Source: Octopus bimaculoides | Taxonomy: Eukaryota | Length of the DNA: 60,124 nt | Assembly (NCBI RefSeq): GCF_001194135.2 | Contig: NC_068988.1 | Coordinates: forward strand, 50,124,681 to 50,184,804 | Reading direction: 5' to 3' | Shown: piece after piece, positions 1-12,115 of the stretch | Position numbering within the stretch: position 1 is the first letter of the stretch | How the letters are laid out: every line of letters begins with the position of its first letter | Made by a program: the position numbers and the translations under genes | Notes under the pieces: generated by a model | What the model saw: only the letters and a program-made list of their open reading frames with translations | Told to the model about the DNA's origin: nothing | Database searches by the model: none

Positions 1-40
<40 letters not shown>

Positions 41-46
<6 letters not shown>

Positions 47-202
47 GTCGACACCCCAGGCGAAGTAGTAGGATCTCCCAAGACATAAATAGAGGTATTC
101 TGGCCGTGGTAGGAGTGTTGAGTAGCAGTCAAGTATCAGTTGTGTAGCGGTTGAGTAGAGATCATCCGTAGGTACTAGATAGCAGTAGCTTGAGACATAA
201 CA
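41..202. mobile_element. Probable solo LTR (162 bp)
   Basis: Begins TGTTGTGTC and ends GACATAACA (9-bp terminal inverted repeat, 1 mismatch, TG...CA); internal CATAAATAG TATA-like box; no clear TSD because the left flank is (TA)n. Confidence 0.5.
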
Positions 203-406
203 GTATACATATAGATGTAGGTATGTACATATATGTATGGATATATACATATATTTATATATTATTCATATTATTATATATATAGATATAATTGTGTCTG
301 GGGAAAGTCATTCTGTTTTAATGCCTCATTAATTAACTCACTCACCGGTTCAATTTCCCTTCATTTACTTACGTATTTAATTTTTTTCTATATATATATA
401 TATATA

Positions 407-845
407 CAGGTGCGGTGAATAAACTATCGTCTAAATTACGCAAAAATGAAAATAACTCTGACACCTCATTATAACAGATATATTTACCAAAATTACATTA
501 AAATATCTTGAAATACGAAAGAGTAAATTTATTCAATAAAATCGACATTAGCTTCAACCACGGCCTTCAGACGACTCCGAAATATCCTGCAAATCTTCTG
601 GACGACCTCCTTGTTTAAGTTGGTGAATGCTGACATAAACCTTGCCTTCAGTTCATCTTTGCTGTTGCAAGGAGTTTTGTTGGTGTCTCACTCAACTACA
701 CCCCACTCATAATAACTAAGCGGATTGCGGTCTGGGGAGTTAGGTGACCAGATGTTAGGGGTGATGTGATCGGAGAAATCGTCTGATAGCCATGAGTCCT
801 CCTGCTTGTGTGGCATGGTACAGAGTCCTGTTGTCAGACAGGGTC
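407..845 (-). mobile_element. Tc1/mariner DD37D (maT-like) transposon, 3' part with decayed transposase; runs into gap
   Basis: Minus strand 845->529 reads, with one frameshift, QQDSVPCHTSRRT/WLSDDFSDHITPNIWSPNSPDRNPLSYYEWGVVE*DTNKTPCNSKDELKARF...RSRLKAVVEANVDFIE*; about 37 residues from the QQD Asp to the position of the third catalytic residue (here S); TA+CAGGTG end at 405-412 inside (TA)n. Confidence 0.85.
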
Positions 846-1440
846 NNNNNNNNNNNNNNNNNNNNNNNNNNNNNNNNNNNNNNNNNNNNNNNNNNNNNNN
901 NNNNNNNNNNNNNNNNNNNNNNNNNNNNNNNNNNNNNNNNNNNNNNNNNNNNNNNNNNNNNNNNNNNNNNNNNNNNNNNNNNNNNNNNNNNNNNNNNNNN
1001 NNNNNNNNNNNNNNNNNNNNNNNNNNNNNNNNNNNNNNNNNNNNNNNNNNNNNNNNNNNNNNNNNNNNNNNNNNNNNNNNNNNNNNNNNNNNNNNNNNNN
1101 NNNNNNNNNNNNNNNNNNNNNNNNNNNNNNNNNNNNNNNNNNNNNNNNNNNNNNNNNNNNNNNNNNNNNNNNNNNNNNNNNNNNNNNNNNNNNNNNNNNN
1201 NNNNNNNNNNNNNNNNNNNNNNNNNNNNNNNNNNNNNNNNNNNNNNNNNNNNNNNNNNNNNNNNNNNNNNNNNNNNNNNNNNNNNNNNNNNNNNNNNNNN
1301 NNNNNNNNNNNNNNNNNNNNNNNNNNNNNNNNNNNNNNNNNNNNNNNNNNNNNNNNNNNNNNNNNNNNNNNNNNNNNNNNNNNNNNNNNNNNNNNNNNNN
1401 NNNNNNNNNNNNNNNNNNNNNNNNNNNNNNNNNNNNNNNT

Positions 1441-1875
1441 ATATAGAAGGCAACACTTGAAGTCTTTGACTTATTTCTCTTTCCTATACCTAATCCATTT
1501 TACTAAATTTTACTCCTCTCACACTCTAAGTCTGGATCCTATTCTTCTTATGCCCTCTACAATAAGAAAAATATACTGTACCTATTAGTAACTGACTCTT
1601 GTATGTATCAGCTCTCCTAAACATTTAGACCCTCTCATGAAGCCTAGAGGCACACTCAACATTCAAACTCTATCTACCCATTCCTACAGAACCCTGAAGA
1701 GATGGAGATAGCATGGAGGATATCGTGGCGTGTTGGCAGAAACGGCCATAAGGAACTGATCTTTTAATCTTTTACTCTTTTATATATTGCTAGTATATAT
1801 TTGTGTAGCTCACAGTCTTTGCATGTGTATGTATTCTTATAATATTCCCTTTTGTTTTGGAATAAATAGACATAA
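1441..1875 (+). mobile_element. Possible Penelope-like element 3'/pLTR remnant
   Basis: CTGAAGA (1694) ... GAAACGGCCAT (1739) hammerhead-like arrangement followed by AATAAA near 1861; no convincing ORF. Confidence 0.3.
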
Positions 1876-2149
1876 TAGAATGTCTACCGGCTGATGCATG
1901 TCATTTTTGTATTCCCTCCATTTTCTTTTTGCCATATATATATATGTGTGTACACATACATATACATACATATATGTACACAATACCAGGGAAATGCGGG
2001 TATAGAAGTGATAGTATTCTTAACGGAACTTGGAAGGAAAAGCACAGATTAAGAAATGGAAGCGTTAAAATATTAATGCTGAAGCTGGAAGTTTGGCTGG
2101 CTTTGATGGCCTTGTGCCTTTAGTAGAAAGTATTATTTCTGAGCTGATG

Positions 2150-2528
2150 AAGATGGCGAGCTGGCAGAATCCTTGGCACGCCGTGCAAAATGCTTAGCTG
2201 TATTTTGTTCATCTTTACGTTCTGAGTTCAAATTCCGCCGCGGTCGACTTTGCCTTTCATCCTTTTGGGGTCGATAAATTAAGTACCAATTGAGTACTGG
2301 GGTCGATGTAATCGACTTATCCCTTCCCCGAAACTGCTGGCCTTGTTCAAAAATTTGAAACCGTTATTTCTGAGCTGACAAAGGCAGCGGGCTGACAGAA
2401 CCGATAGCAACCCAGTCAAAATTTCATCCGCGTTTTATGTTCTGAGTTCAAATTCCACCGAGACCGATTTTACATTTCATCCCTTCAATGTAGTCGACTA
2501 GCATCATCCCCCAAGATTTCGGTGGGTA
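2150..2528 (+). mobile_element. Two tandem tRNA-derived SINEs (type A, central GCCTTTCATCCTTT.GGGGTCGATAAA domain)
   Basis: A-box-like GGCGAGCTGGCAGAA, B-box GAGTTCAAATTCC, family tail GGCCTTGT(G/T)C...AGAAA; same sequence recurs more than 15 times in the window. Confidence 0.9.
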
Positions 2529-3257
2529 ATTTCTGAGCTGATAGTATTCTACTTCCTATTTGGCAGTTACTAGGTAAGTTAAAGTGGATCCTAATCACTC
2601 ACACTCACGCCCTTAGATGGCTCATATTTATGGTTTTCCTAATTGTCAGCTCAGCAGCTCAGCTATAGCTGAGCTGCTGAGCTGACAATGGAGGAAAACA
2701 TGAGAGAAAGGTAGCTGAGCATTCTAGAATTTTGAAAGATAGGCTATATTTCCATCGTATATGAGTGCTTCAAGTTCTTGAAGCACTCATATAGTTCTTA
2801 TTATGCACACATATCTAAAGAAAGAATATTTTACTCCATAGAGAGTAAATATAGGAATTTCAATGCAGAATTTTCTTCATAGAAGAAATTGAAATCTAAA
2901 GAAGGAATGTTCTTTTACATTTGAAGGAAACTAAAAACATCTTATAAAATTTTATTTCCAACTTCAGCTGAATATTTTTTTAATCTTCAAGTTCTCGTCC
3001 TGTACATTTATTTCCATGTCCAATTATTTAAGATATTATGATTCCCATCCCGCGTTTTCACTGCTAATACACACCTTTTTTTAGGAAACGCTTGTATAAC
3101 CAGATATTTGTTATTGTGATTCGAAAGTATAAACGGTAAGAAAAGAATTGAATTGCTACAATTTAGTGTCTCAGTGGTCGCTCTCAAATTTGATCACTTT
3201 TGTTCCACTGTATAACATTTGAAACAGTTTTCAGTGTTAGATTGCTTTCATTTAGAT

Positions 3258-3606
3258 CAGTGGTTCTCAACCGGGGTTCATATGGCCCCTGAGGGTCCAT
3301 ATAATTTTTTTTTGGGTCCATGCAACAAATTGATAAATTAGGGATCTACAATAGTATTTTATGGAGTCCTGAAAAACATTTGCTTTAGATATATTTATTG
3401 GTATGTATTGCAAGAGACATCTTGGCTTCTTTCTCTAACATTTTACATAGTTCAACCTACACAAGGAAATGTATTTAAAAACAAAATAGGAATTTTGAAA
3501 GAAGTTTCTATAAATCTAGTTTTTAATTATCGAGTGGTTATGGGGGTCCACCAGAATAAAGCAATAATCAAAGGGGTCCATAGATAAAAATTTGTTGGAA
3601 ACCCTA
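3258..3606. mobile_element. hAT (Charlie-like) non-autonomous element
   Basis: Starts CAGTGGTTCTCAACC; perfect 8-bp TSD ATTTAGAT at 3250-3257 and 3607-3614; related to 41621-41871. Confidence 0.85.
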
Positions 3607-4619
3607 ATTTAGATTATTTAGTAATTTAAGAAAACTTAAATATATTATTTCTTTCTAAATGACAGACATATAATGGCATAAAGACGAATTCAGGCTTTAC
3701 TTGTTTTCCGATCTGGTCACTTTTACCATAAATTTCCTCATTACTGCACCAACCGTGAAGCAGTTTTAGATTCCTGTCAATCGTTTTGCGAAAGCTTAAA
3801 ACCTTAATACAAAATCTTTTAAGATGAAAGAAATATGATGAGAGAAAATATCAGGCGTTACTGATTTGCCTACTTTTCGCCTAATAAGTTCTTTTTTCTA
3901 CTACACTAGCTTTAAAGAGATTTACAGAATTAAATTGCTGTTATTGAGATCTTTTATTTAAGTTGAAGTGAAATAAAAATGATACTGAAAGAAAGAAGCT
4001 ATACTTCTTAGAAGGTCTATCTATTCATTACTCTTCCATTTGTAAATACATATTTTATCGTATCTACGTTTTTACACAAGCATTTTACTATTATATTTCA
4101 AAATGTAGCGGAGCAGTGGTGCTTTTCAATGAATTTAATCGCATTTAATTTGGTCAAGTATTGAATTAACTAGAAAGCGTAAAAGTGATGTCTAAAAAGT
4201 AATTATTGATCTTAAGAATATTATTCACCCATAGCAATGAGTGAATGATATATGTGTGTGTGTTGTATGTATGTATGTACGTATGTGTGGGTATAAGTGT
4301 GTATGTGTGTGCGTGCACGCCCGAGCGTGCGTGTGTGTTATGATTTCGCTAATACTGACTGCAATTTGTTAGAACTCAATGTACTTATTTATTACGCCCT
4401 CAGACAGTTTCATGTTAATATTTATATGGTTCTGAATGTAGCATGGTCTATGTATTTAACTACTTTCCGAAATAGATATACACTTCCCTTTAATGACTCT
4501 AAGGAAGTTAAAGGATGTTGCACAAATACTCAATTCTCAATGCACCGATATTTATAGCAAAAACAGCTGTAAGCTTATGAACGTAATTAGGTAACTCCTG
4601 TTCTTTTGCTATTCACACG

Positions 4620-4676
<57 letters not shown>

Positions 4677-5330
4677 NNNNNNNNNNNNNNNNNNNNNNNN
4701 NNNNNNNNNNNNNNNNNNNNNNNNNNNNNNNNNNNNNNNNNNNNNNNNNNNNNNNNNNNNNNNNNNNNNNNNNNNNNNNNNNNNNNNNNNNNNNNNNNNN
4801 NNNNNNNNNNNNNNNNNNNNNNNNNNNNNNNNNNNNNNNNNNNNNNNNNNNNNNNNNNNNNNNNNNNNNNNNNNNNNNNNNNNNNNNNNNNNNNNNNNNN
4901 NNNNNNNNNACACACACACATTGCAGAATTGTATTTTTCTAGTAAATGTTATGATCAGAGACCGTGTATTGAAACATGCAATTACATCGTTGAAGAGCCA
5001 CAAAAAGTGCAAAATAGGTTTTTAATTTTTTTTCGTAGTATGTCAAAGATTTTCGTTACACGATTGCCACCTGATAACTGACACAGTAACTATTGCAGTT
5101 GTAAAATTCTGAAACTGTGCCTTTGATTGCCCACAAGGATGCGACGAAAATTTTGATACCGAAAAAAAAAAAAAAATGAAAAAATGAATGAAAAAGTTTT
5201 GTGATTCGAAACGGTTAAAATGACTCTTCCACAATGGAGACTCTTTAGCTCTTTTTATGTACACCCCCCACACATAAACACTCACACACACATATATATA
5301 CGTATATTATATGTAAGTATATGTATATAT

Positions 5331-5499
5331 AACCGCAGAGTGGCTGCATGGTTAACTAGCTCGCTTTGCACCCACGTGGTTTTGGGTTCAGTGCCACTGC
5401 GCAGAGCCTTCGGCAAGTGAATGCCTTCTAGTATAGCTTCGAGCCAGCTAATGCCTTGCAAGTGAATTTGCTTGGCAGAGGCTGGATGGAAGCCCGTCT
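5331..5499 (+). mobile_element. CORE-like tRNA-derived SINE (type B), 5' half
   Basis: GTGGCTGCATGG head, GGTTCAGTGCC B-box-like, CCTTCGGCAAGT core-like segment, ends GAAGCCC before a microsatellite. Confidence 0.75.
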
Positions 5500-5562
5500 T
5501 TCACGCGCACGCACACACACACGCACACGCGCGCGCACACACACACACACATACACACACAC

Positions 5563-5710
5563 ATCTTCTGAGTTCTTTAACAGGGCTTAGAGAAACTGAA
5601 GAACTGGTGTGTAAATCTCAGAGGAGAATATGTTAGATAAAATCATATTTAACTAATCCTCTTGTATTTTATGTTACTCAAAGCCAGTGTCTTTTCAGCA
5701 CGTCTTCGTG
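5563..5710 (+). mobile_element. Mariner-derived MITE remnant
   Basis: Shares CAGGGCTTAGA(G/A)AAACTGAAG...GAATATGTT and right TIR CTTTTCAGCAC with 23362-23569. Confidence 0.65.
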
Positions 5711-6181
5711 TGTGTGTGTGTCTGTGCATGTGAGTGTGTGTGCGTGCGTGTGTGTGTGTATTCATTCAAGAAAACATGGAGTAATTGTTCCACAAGCAGA
5801 CGAACAAACTGAGTCGTCAGCTTGTTCCATTTGCCAATAGATTTGCAAGGCACTAACAGACCTCAAGAGACTCACGCTTTATTTTATTGCAAACCTTTTT
5901 GTCGCTCACGAGGAGAGAATCCATCATATGTATGTATGTATANNNNNNNNNNNNNNNNNNNNNNNNNNNNNNNNNNNNNNNNNNNNNNNNNNNNNNNNNN
6001 NNNNNNNNNNNNNNNNNNNNNNNNNNNNNNNNNNNNNNNNNNNNNNNNNNNNNNNNNNNNNNNNNNNNNNNNNNNNNNNNNNNNNNNNNNNNNNNNNNNN
6101 NNNNNNNNNNNNNNNNNNNNNNNNNNNNNNNNNNNNNNNNNNNNNNNNNNNNNNNNNNNNNNNNNNNNNNNNNNNNNNNNN

Positions 6182-6216
<35 letters not shown>

Positions 6217-6371
6217 TTATATATATATGCGTATATGTATGTATATATATATGTGTGTGCGTTTGTGTGTGAGTGTGTTTGTGCGTGTGTGTGTATGTGT
6301 GTGTGTGTATGTGCGTGAGCGTGTGTGCGTATGTGTGTATGTGTGTGAGTGTGTGTGTGTATGTGTGTGTA

Positions 6372-6615
6372 AAGGCACGTGGCCTAGTGCTTAAGCTGTT
6401 GCTCTCACAATCGCTAGGTCATGGGTTCGATTCTCAGATTAGGCGGCGCGTTGTGTTCTAGAGCAAAACCGCTTTAGTTCACGTTGTTCCAGTTGTCCTT
6501 TCGATCAGTGGGGAATGTTGACCTACTCGCCTAGCCAGCTGGGTGGCTAAAACAATGCAAAGCACATTGTGACCAGCGATGTGTAACAATATGATAGAGT
6601 GGTCGATCACGTGAT
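6372..6615 (+). mobile_element. tRNA-derived SINE (type C)
   Basis: A box TGGCCTAGTGC (6380), B box GGTTCGATTCT (6424), then GTTGTGTTCTAGAGCAAAAC core-like segment. Confidence 0.75.
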
Positions 6616-6845
6616 ATGTATGTATGTATGTATGCATGTATGTGTGAGTGTGTGACAGAGAGAGAGAGAGAGAGTGTGTGTGTGTATGTATCTTTGTATA
6701 CAAAATTGCAAGGGACGTGAAAGCAGAATGTGAGCAAGAAAACGAAAGTAGAAGAGTTAGAAAGATCGTAGAAAGAGAGATATACAGAGGAACGAGAAGA
6801 GAAATACGCATATAGATACATGTACACATAAACAAGCCTTTCCCC

Positions 6846-6889
<44 letters not shown>

Positions 6890-7118
6890 ATCTATTCACA
6901 ATCCTATTCACACATACATACATATGTACACGCATGCCTCTATCCATCCATGCATACATACGTATATCGAAACATATATACATACGCACTTAGAAAATCA
7001 GAGATAAATCTTGCGCAACGAAAAGGTGGCGAATGGTGTAGAAAGAGAGAAAGAATGAGAAAGTTATTGGAAGGAGAAATAGAAATAAACAGTGTAGGTG
7101 TGTGAGTGTGTGCGTGCT

Positions 7119-7155
<37 letters not shown>

Positions 7156-7261
7156 ATGCGTGCGAGCGTGTGTGTGGATATGTGTAAGTACATTTACACA
7201 GACACACACACATATATATATTTATATATATATACTTATATATATTTATATATTTATATTG

Positions 7262-7710
7262 TTTTATCTGTTTCAGTCATTGGACTGCGACCATGCTGGG
7301 GCACCTCCTCGAAAGGGTTTAGTTAAAATGACCTCACTACTTTAACTCTGGTTCTTATTCCAAGCTAGGTTACGGAGACGCAAACAAATCAACACCGGTT
7401 ATGAAGCGGTGAGAAGCAAGCGTAAATCCACAGATACACAAACGCACGCTCACCGCATGCACACAAACATACATACATACATAGACAGGCAGACACACAC
7501 ATACAACACACACACTCACACACACACACACACATACACACAAACACAAATACGCACGTACGCGCGCGAGTGACTGCCACTGTTTCTACCTACCAAATTC
7601 ACGACGACTCAGGTCTATAATAGAACCCACAGGCACAAAGTGTGCCGCACAGTGGGACTGAACCCGAAACCACGTGTTTATGAAATGCACTTGTTAAGTA
7701 TGCAACGTTG
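7262..7710 (-). mobile_element. CORE-like SINE (type B), full length with internal (CA)n tract
   Basis: 3' module GTTTCAGTCATTGGACTGCGACCATGCTGGGGC at 7270 and head GTGGGACTGAACCC at about 7652, separated by a microsatellite. Confidence 0.75.
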
Positions 7711-7830
7711 CGTGTGGTTTTTCTTATAAACGAAGCACATGTAAAATATATACATACATGCATGAATGCATACATACCAATACACACACACACCAACACA
7801 CACACACATATATATATGTATATATATATA

Positions 7831-7861
<31 letters not shown>

Positions 7862-8080
7862 CGGAGAGAGAGAGGTGAGAGTAGAAAGAGGTATGTTGTA
7901 GGGATGGGGAGAAAGACAGAGTATGGGTGAGAGTATATAGTATATAAACAAGACAGGGATGAGAAATTGGGAGATAGTGTTTATATTATATACACGAGAA
8001 GAAATTGAATGAGAGAAAGAGAGTAGGAGGGAGAGTATATGCTATAGAGACGAATAGAAATTTGGAGTTGTATTAGAGAG

Positions 8081-8131
<51 letters not shown>

Positions 8132-8521
8132 CGAGAGAGAGAGAGAGAGAAGGGATGAGGGAGAGAGAGTGGGAGGGAGAGTATATGCTATAGAGACGAG
8201 GAGAAAGAGAGGGAGCGAAAAAGAGAGAGGGAGAAATAGCGTGTGTATCATACAGACGAGGAAAAAGCGAGCGAACGAGGGAAGAAGAATCAGAGGAGAA
8301 AGAGGAGGAGGAGAAAGATGAGTAGGAGGAAGAGAAGTAGGATGAGGTGAGAGTGAAACAAAAAACAAAAAAACAAAAACAAGAAACCAAAAAAAAAAAA
8401 GATACCTCATCTTAACTCAAATAACAAAAAGGAGAAAGAAAAAAAAAAGCAAAACAAAAAGAGCAGAAGAGAACTTGGTCGAGGAGAACGTGGAGAGTGT
8501 GATAAGCAGAGTAGTGTCAGT

Positions 8522-8692
8522 ATGGCAGTAGCGTGCATTAGTGGAGTTTATTGTCGTCTGCTGCCAGTCATTTTGCTAAGTTACACTGTAATGACTGTAG
8601 ATAGCAGCAGATGTTCGGTTTACGGTGATGTACAAGTTTGGAGGGAAGCCAGTCACCCGGACGAAATTGTTGTCAGATGGACTTACGGCGAG
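8522..8692 (+). CDS. Candidate first coding exon of an unidentified secreted or membrane protein (57 codons, ends phase 0)
   Basis: Strong Kozak (AGTATGG); MAVACISGVYCRLLPVILLSYTVMTVDS is signal-peptide-like; unique, balanced-composition sequence; ends at a consensus donor GAG|GTAAGT (8693). Confidence 0.7.
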
Positions 8693-8887
8693 GTAAGTAC
8701 TTTGCAAAACACTTTACCTTTACGTTATCAACCGCAATCAGCGGCAGGAAGGCTCTTTGGGGACAGGTTGGGGTGGGGTGGGGTGTTAATGCAACCATAA
8801 TACACGTAACAAACCGCATACTTTCTGATATACTTTCTTGTTTATAGAATTGTTTTTCTTGGTCTTGTGGGTGTTGTTTTTGTTATT

Positions 8888-8901
8888 GTTACCATAGAAA
8901 C
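8888..8901. promoter_or_regulatory. RFX X-box match in intron 1
   Basis: GTTACCATAGAAAC fits GTHNYY-AT-RRNAAC at all 14 positions, about 200 bp downstream of the exon-1 donor. Confidence 0.45.
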
Positions 8902-8940
8902 AGAGAATCCTGCGGCCGTTGTCAATGCGGTTAAGGCATT

Positions 8941-8942
8941 CG

Positions 8943-8974
<32 letters not shown>

Positions 8975-9010
8975 CTTGTTCTTCTTCTTCTTCTTCTTCT
9001 TCTTCTTCTT
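8941..9010. repeat. Compound (GTT)n-(CTT)n microsatellite
   Basis: Direct reading. Confidence 0.95.
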
Positions 9011-9863
9011 CCTCCACCCCACACTAATGTGATGGTCGTGTGCCTAAACTTTTCAACGGTCCTAAAGGATTTGATTCTCGTTTACATTACTTTTTATTTC
9101 GAAGCAGTTTCACTCACGTTTACTAACAAATACAATCTTTAAAACCCACCACAAATGTAACAAGGCTATATTTCACCATTCTCCAATACACATCGATATC
9201 TCTAGGTCCGTGTAAGAACCAGCATCACCATCAGTTCTAGGTACTTTCTTAATGATATAAACGGCTAAGTTGATCGTAGGTGGAGATTGAACTGAAGACT
9301 TAAAGAACATGGTCATGATAAGCTATTTTCATCGTGCTCCGATCATTTTCATGATATGGCAAAAACATCTTAAGGATATTTAGTTTGACATCAAATTTGA
9401 TTCTGATACAAGCACAAGGCCAGTAATTTGGAAGGGAGGCAGTTGACCAGTGATAACGGGCGGGATGGGGGATGGGGAAAGAAGTGACATCGGCGAAATT
9501 TGAACTCACAATACAAAAGGCCGGCAAAAAAAAAAGATACTAGTAAATATTTTCTCCAACACACTACCGAATCTGCCAAAACTAAGTTGAACATAACAAC
9601 AGTGTTAAAAAACGCGCGCGCGCGCGATCACACACACACACACACACACACATACACACTGTGCCTTTTTCATACATGCACATGCATAAGTATGTAAATG
9701 TATATATGTGTGTGTATGTGTATGCATGTATATTTATGTATGTGTATGTATATTTTTGTGGGTGTGTGCATATGTATTTAAGTGTCTGTTTACGTATGTG
9801 TATATATACACATATGTAGGTATGTACATATAGATGTATATGTATTTATATGTCGGTATGTAC

Positions 9864-9914
<51 letters not shown>

Positions 9915-10038
9915 AATACATAAACATATTGCATATATATATACGTGCGTACTTATATATATATATTCATACGTACATGTATACATATATGCATATAACA
10001 TGTATAGTTATACATATATATACATACATATATACATG

Positions 10039-10070
<32 letters not shown>

Positions 10071-10607
10071 CTCACACATATACATACCGACATGTATGTG
10101 TGTATATGTATGCATGCATGTTTGTATGTGTGTATGTATATATATATATATATATATACTACAAACTCATCGAATTAGCATTTGTGTGACTGAATGTTCC
10201 ACAGAGACGTGCATCATTAGCGAAATCTTCGGGTAGAATAAATGTGACATTGAGAGAGAGAGTGAGAGAGAGAGAGATAGAGAGATAGATAGATAGATAG
10301 ATAGATAGAGAAAGAGAGAGAGAGAGAGAGAGTGACTGAGAGAGAGTGAGATAGAGAGAGATAGCGAGAGAGTTTGTGTATGCGTGTGTGTGGGTGTGTC
10401 GAAGGTAACCAACTGAATTACGGGAACGTTTTTCTCCGACCGGCTTCCACACACTTTCCATTTAGCGAGTTTTCATGAAAAGGCTTGGATTAACCCGAAT
10501 TTATGGGGTAAAGTAAATTACTCAAGGTAACCTCGCATTGAGGTCGGATACCAAATCTTTTAGAATTGTGGAAGAGAACTTAACCTAAATCCATATCTAG
10601 CGAATGG

Positions 10608-10656
<49 letters not shown>

Positions 10657-11058
10657 GCACACACACACGCATCACAGATACTGCACCCCTCTCGCCACCA
10701 GTCCATTCATAGATGTATACAAACATATATGTTCGAATGTATACACAAATCATATGTAATGTACCTGTATATATTCATATATATATCATATATGATATGT
10801 GTATATATTTATATATACATATGTATATACATTATATACAATATATATAGATATTTATATGCATTTATACTCATACACATAAATATATATACATACATAT
10901 GTACGTATGTTTGTACGTACGCATACATGTATGTATATGTATATGTATGTAGGTATCTATTGCTTTGTGTGCGAATTTGATGGAAACTGTATGGAAGCCT
11001 GTCGTATGAATAATATATACGTACATATATGTATATATACGTGTACTATATAATTCTC

Positions 11059-11095
<37 letters not shown>

Positions 11096-11464
11096 NNNNN
11101 NNNNNNNNNNNNNNNNNNNNNNNNNNNNNNNNNNNNNNNNNNNNNNNNNNNNNNNNNNNNNNNNNNNNNNNNNNNNNNNNNNNNNNNNNNNNNNNNNNNN
11201 NNNNNNNNNNNNNNNNNNNNNNNNNNNNNNNNNNNNNNNNNNNNNNNNNNNNNNNNNNNNNNNNNNNNNNNNNNNNNNNNNNNNNNNNNNNNNNNNNNNN
11301 NNNNNNNNNNNNNNNNNNNNNNNNNNNNNNNNNNNNNNNNNNNNNNNNNNNNNNNNNNNNNNNNNNNNNNNNNNNNNNNNNNNNNNNNNNNNNNNNNNNN
11401 NNNNNNNNNNNNNNNNNNNNNNNNNNNNNNNNNNNNNNNNNNNNNNNNNNNTATATATACATAT

Positions 11465-11501
<37 letters not shown>

Positions 11502-11657
11502 CACACGTGTCATATGTGTGTGTGTGTATGAATATACGCGCAAACTTATTCACACACATGTATAGAAAGGTGAAAATTTTGTTGGCTTCCCCCCTCATCC
11601 CCACTATTTTAGTGGGTCTCCCAGTATTATGTTCATAGCAAATAGAAATAACTACTG

Positions 11658-11690
<33 letters not shown>

Positions 11691-11854
11691 ATTGTTGCTG
11701 TTTTGGTTGTGCGTCAGTCAGAAATTACTATTGTGTTATTCAAAAGTTCCCATGCTTTACTTGGAAACGAGCTGTTCTGAAACAAGGAAAATTTCTACCT
11801 GTCACTCTCCCCACGTAATATGATTTCTGCATCCTCCCATTTCCATCCACCAAT

Positions 11855-11903
<49 letters not shown>

Positions 11904-11969
11904 AATATGCATCCATACATACCAACATAAATATATAAAACACATATAAAACGTTGATATGTATATATA

Positions 11970-12115
11970 TGCACAGGCGTAGCCCTGTGGTAGGAAGCTT
12001 GTTTTCAAACCACATGGTTCTTGGTTTCGTCCCAGGGCATGACACGTTGAGCCTTCTACTATACACTTGGGCCGACCAAAGCCTTGTAAGTGGATTTGAT
12101 CGAAGCCTGCCGTTT
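11970..12115 (+). mobile_element. CORE-like SINE (type B), 5' half
   Basis: AACCACATGGTTC...GGGCCGACCAAAGCCTTGTAAGTGGATTTG matches 28325-28475. Confidence 0.75.
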
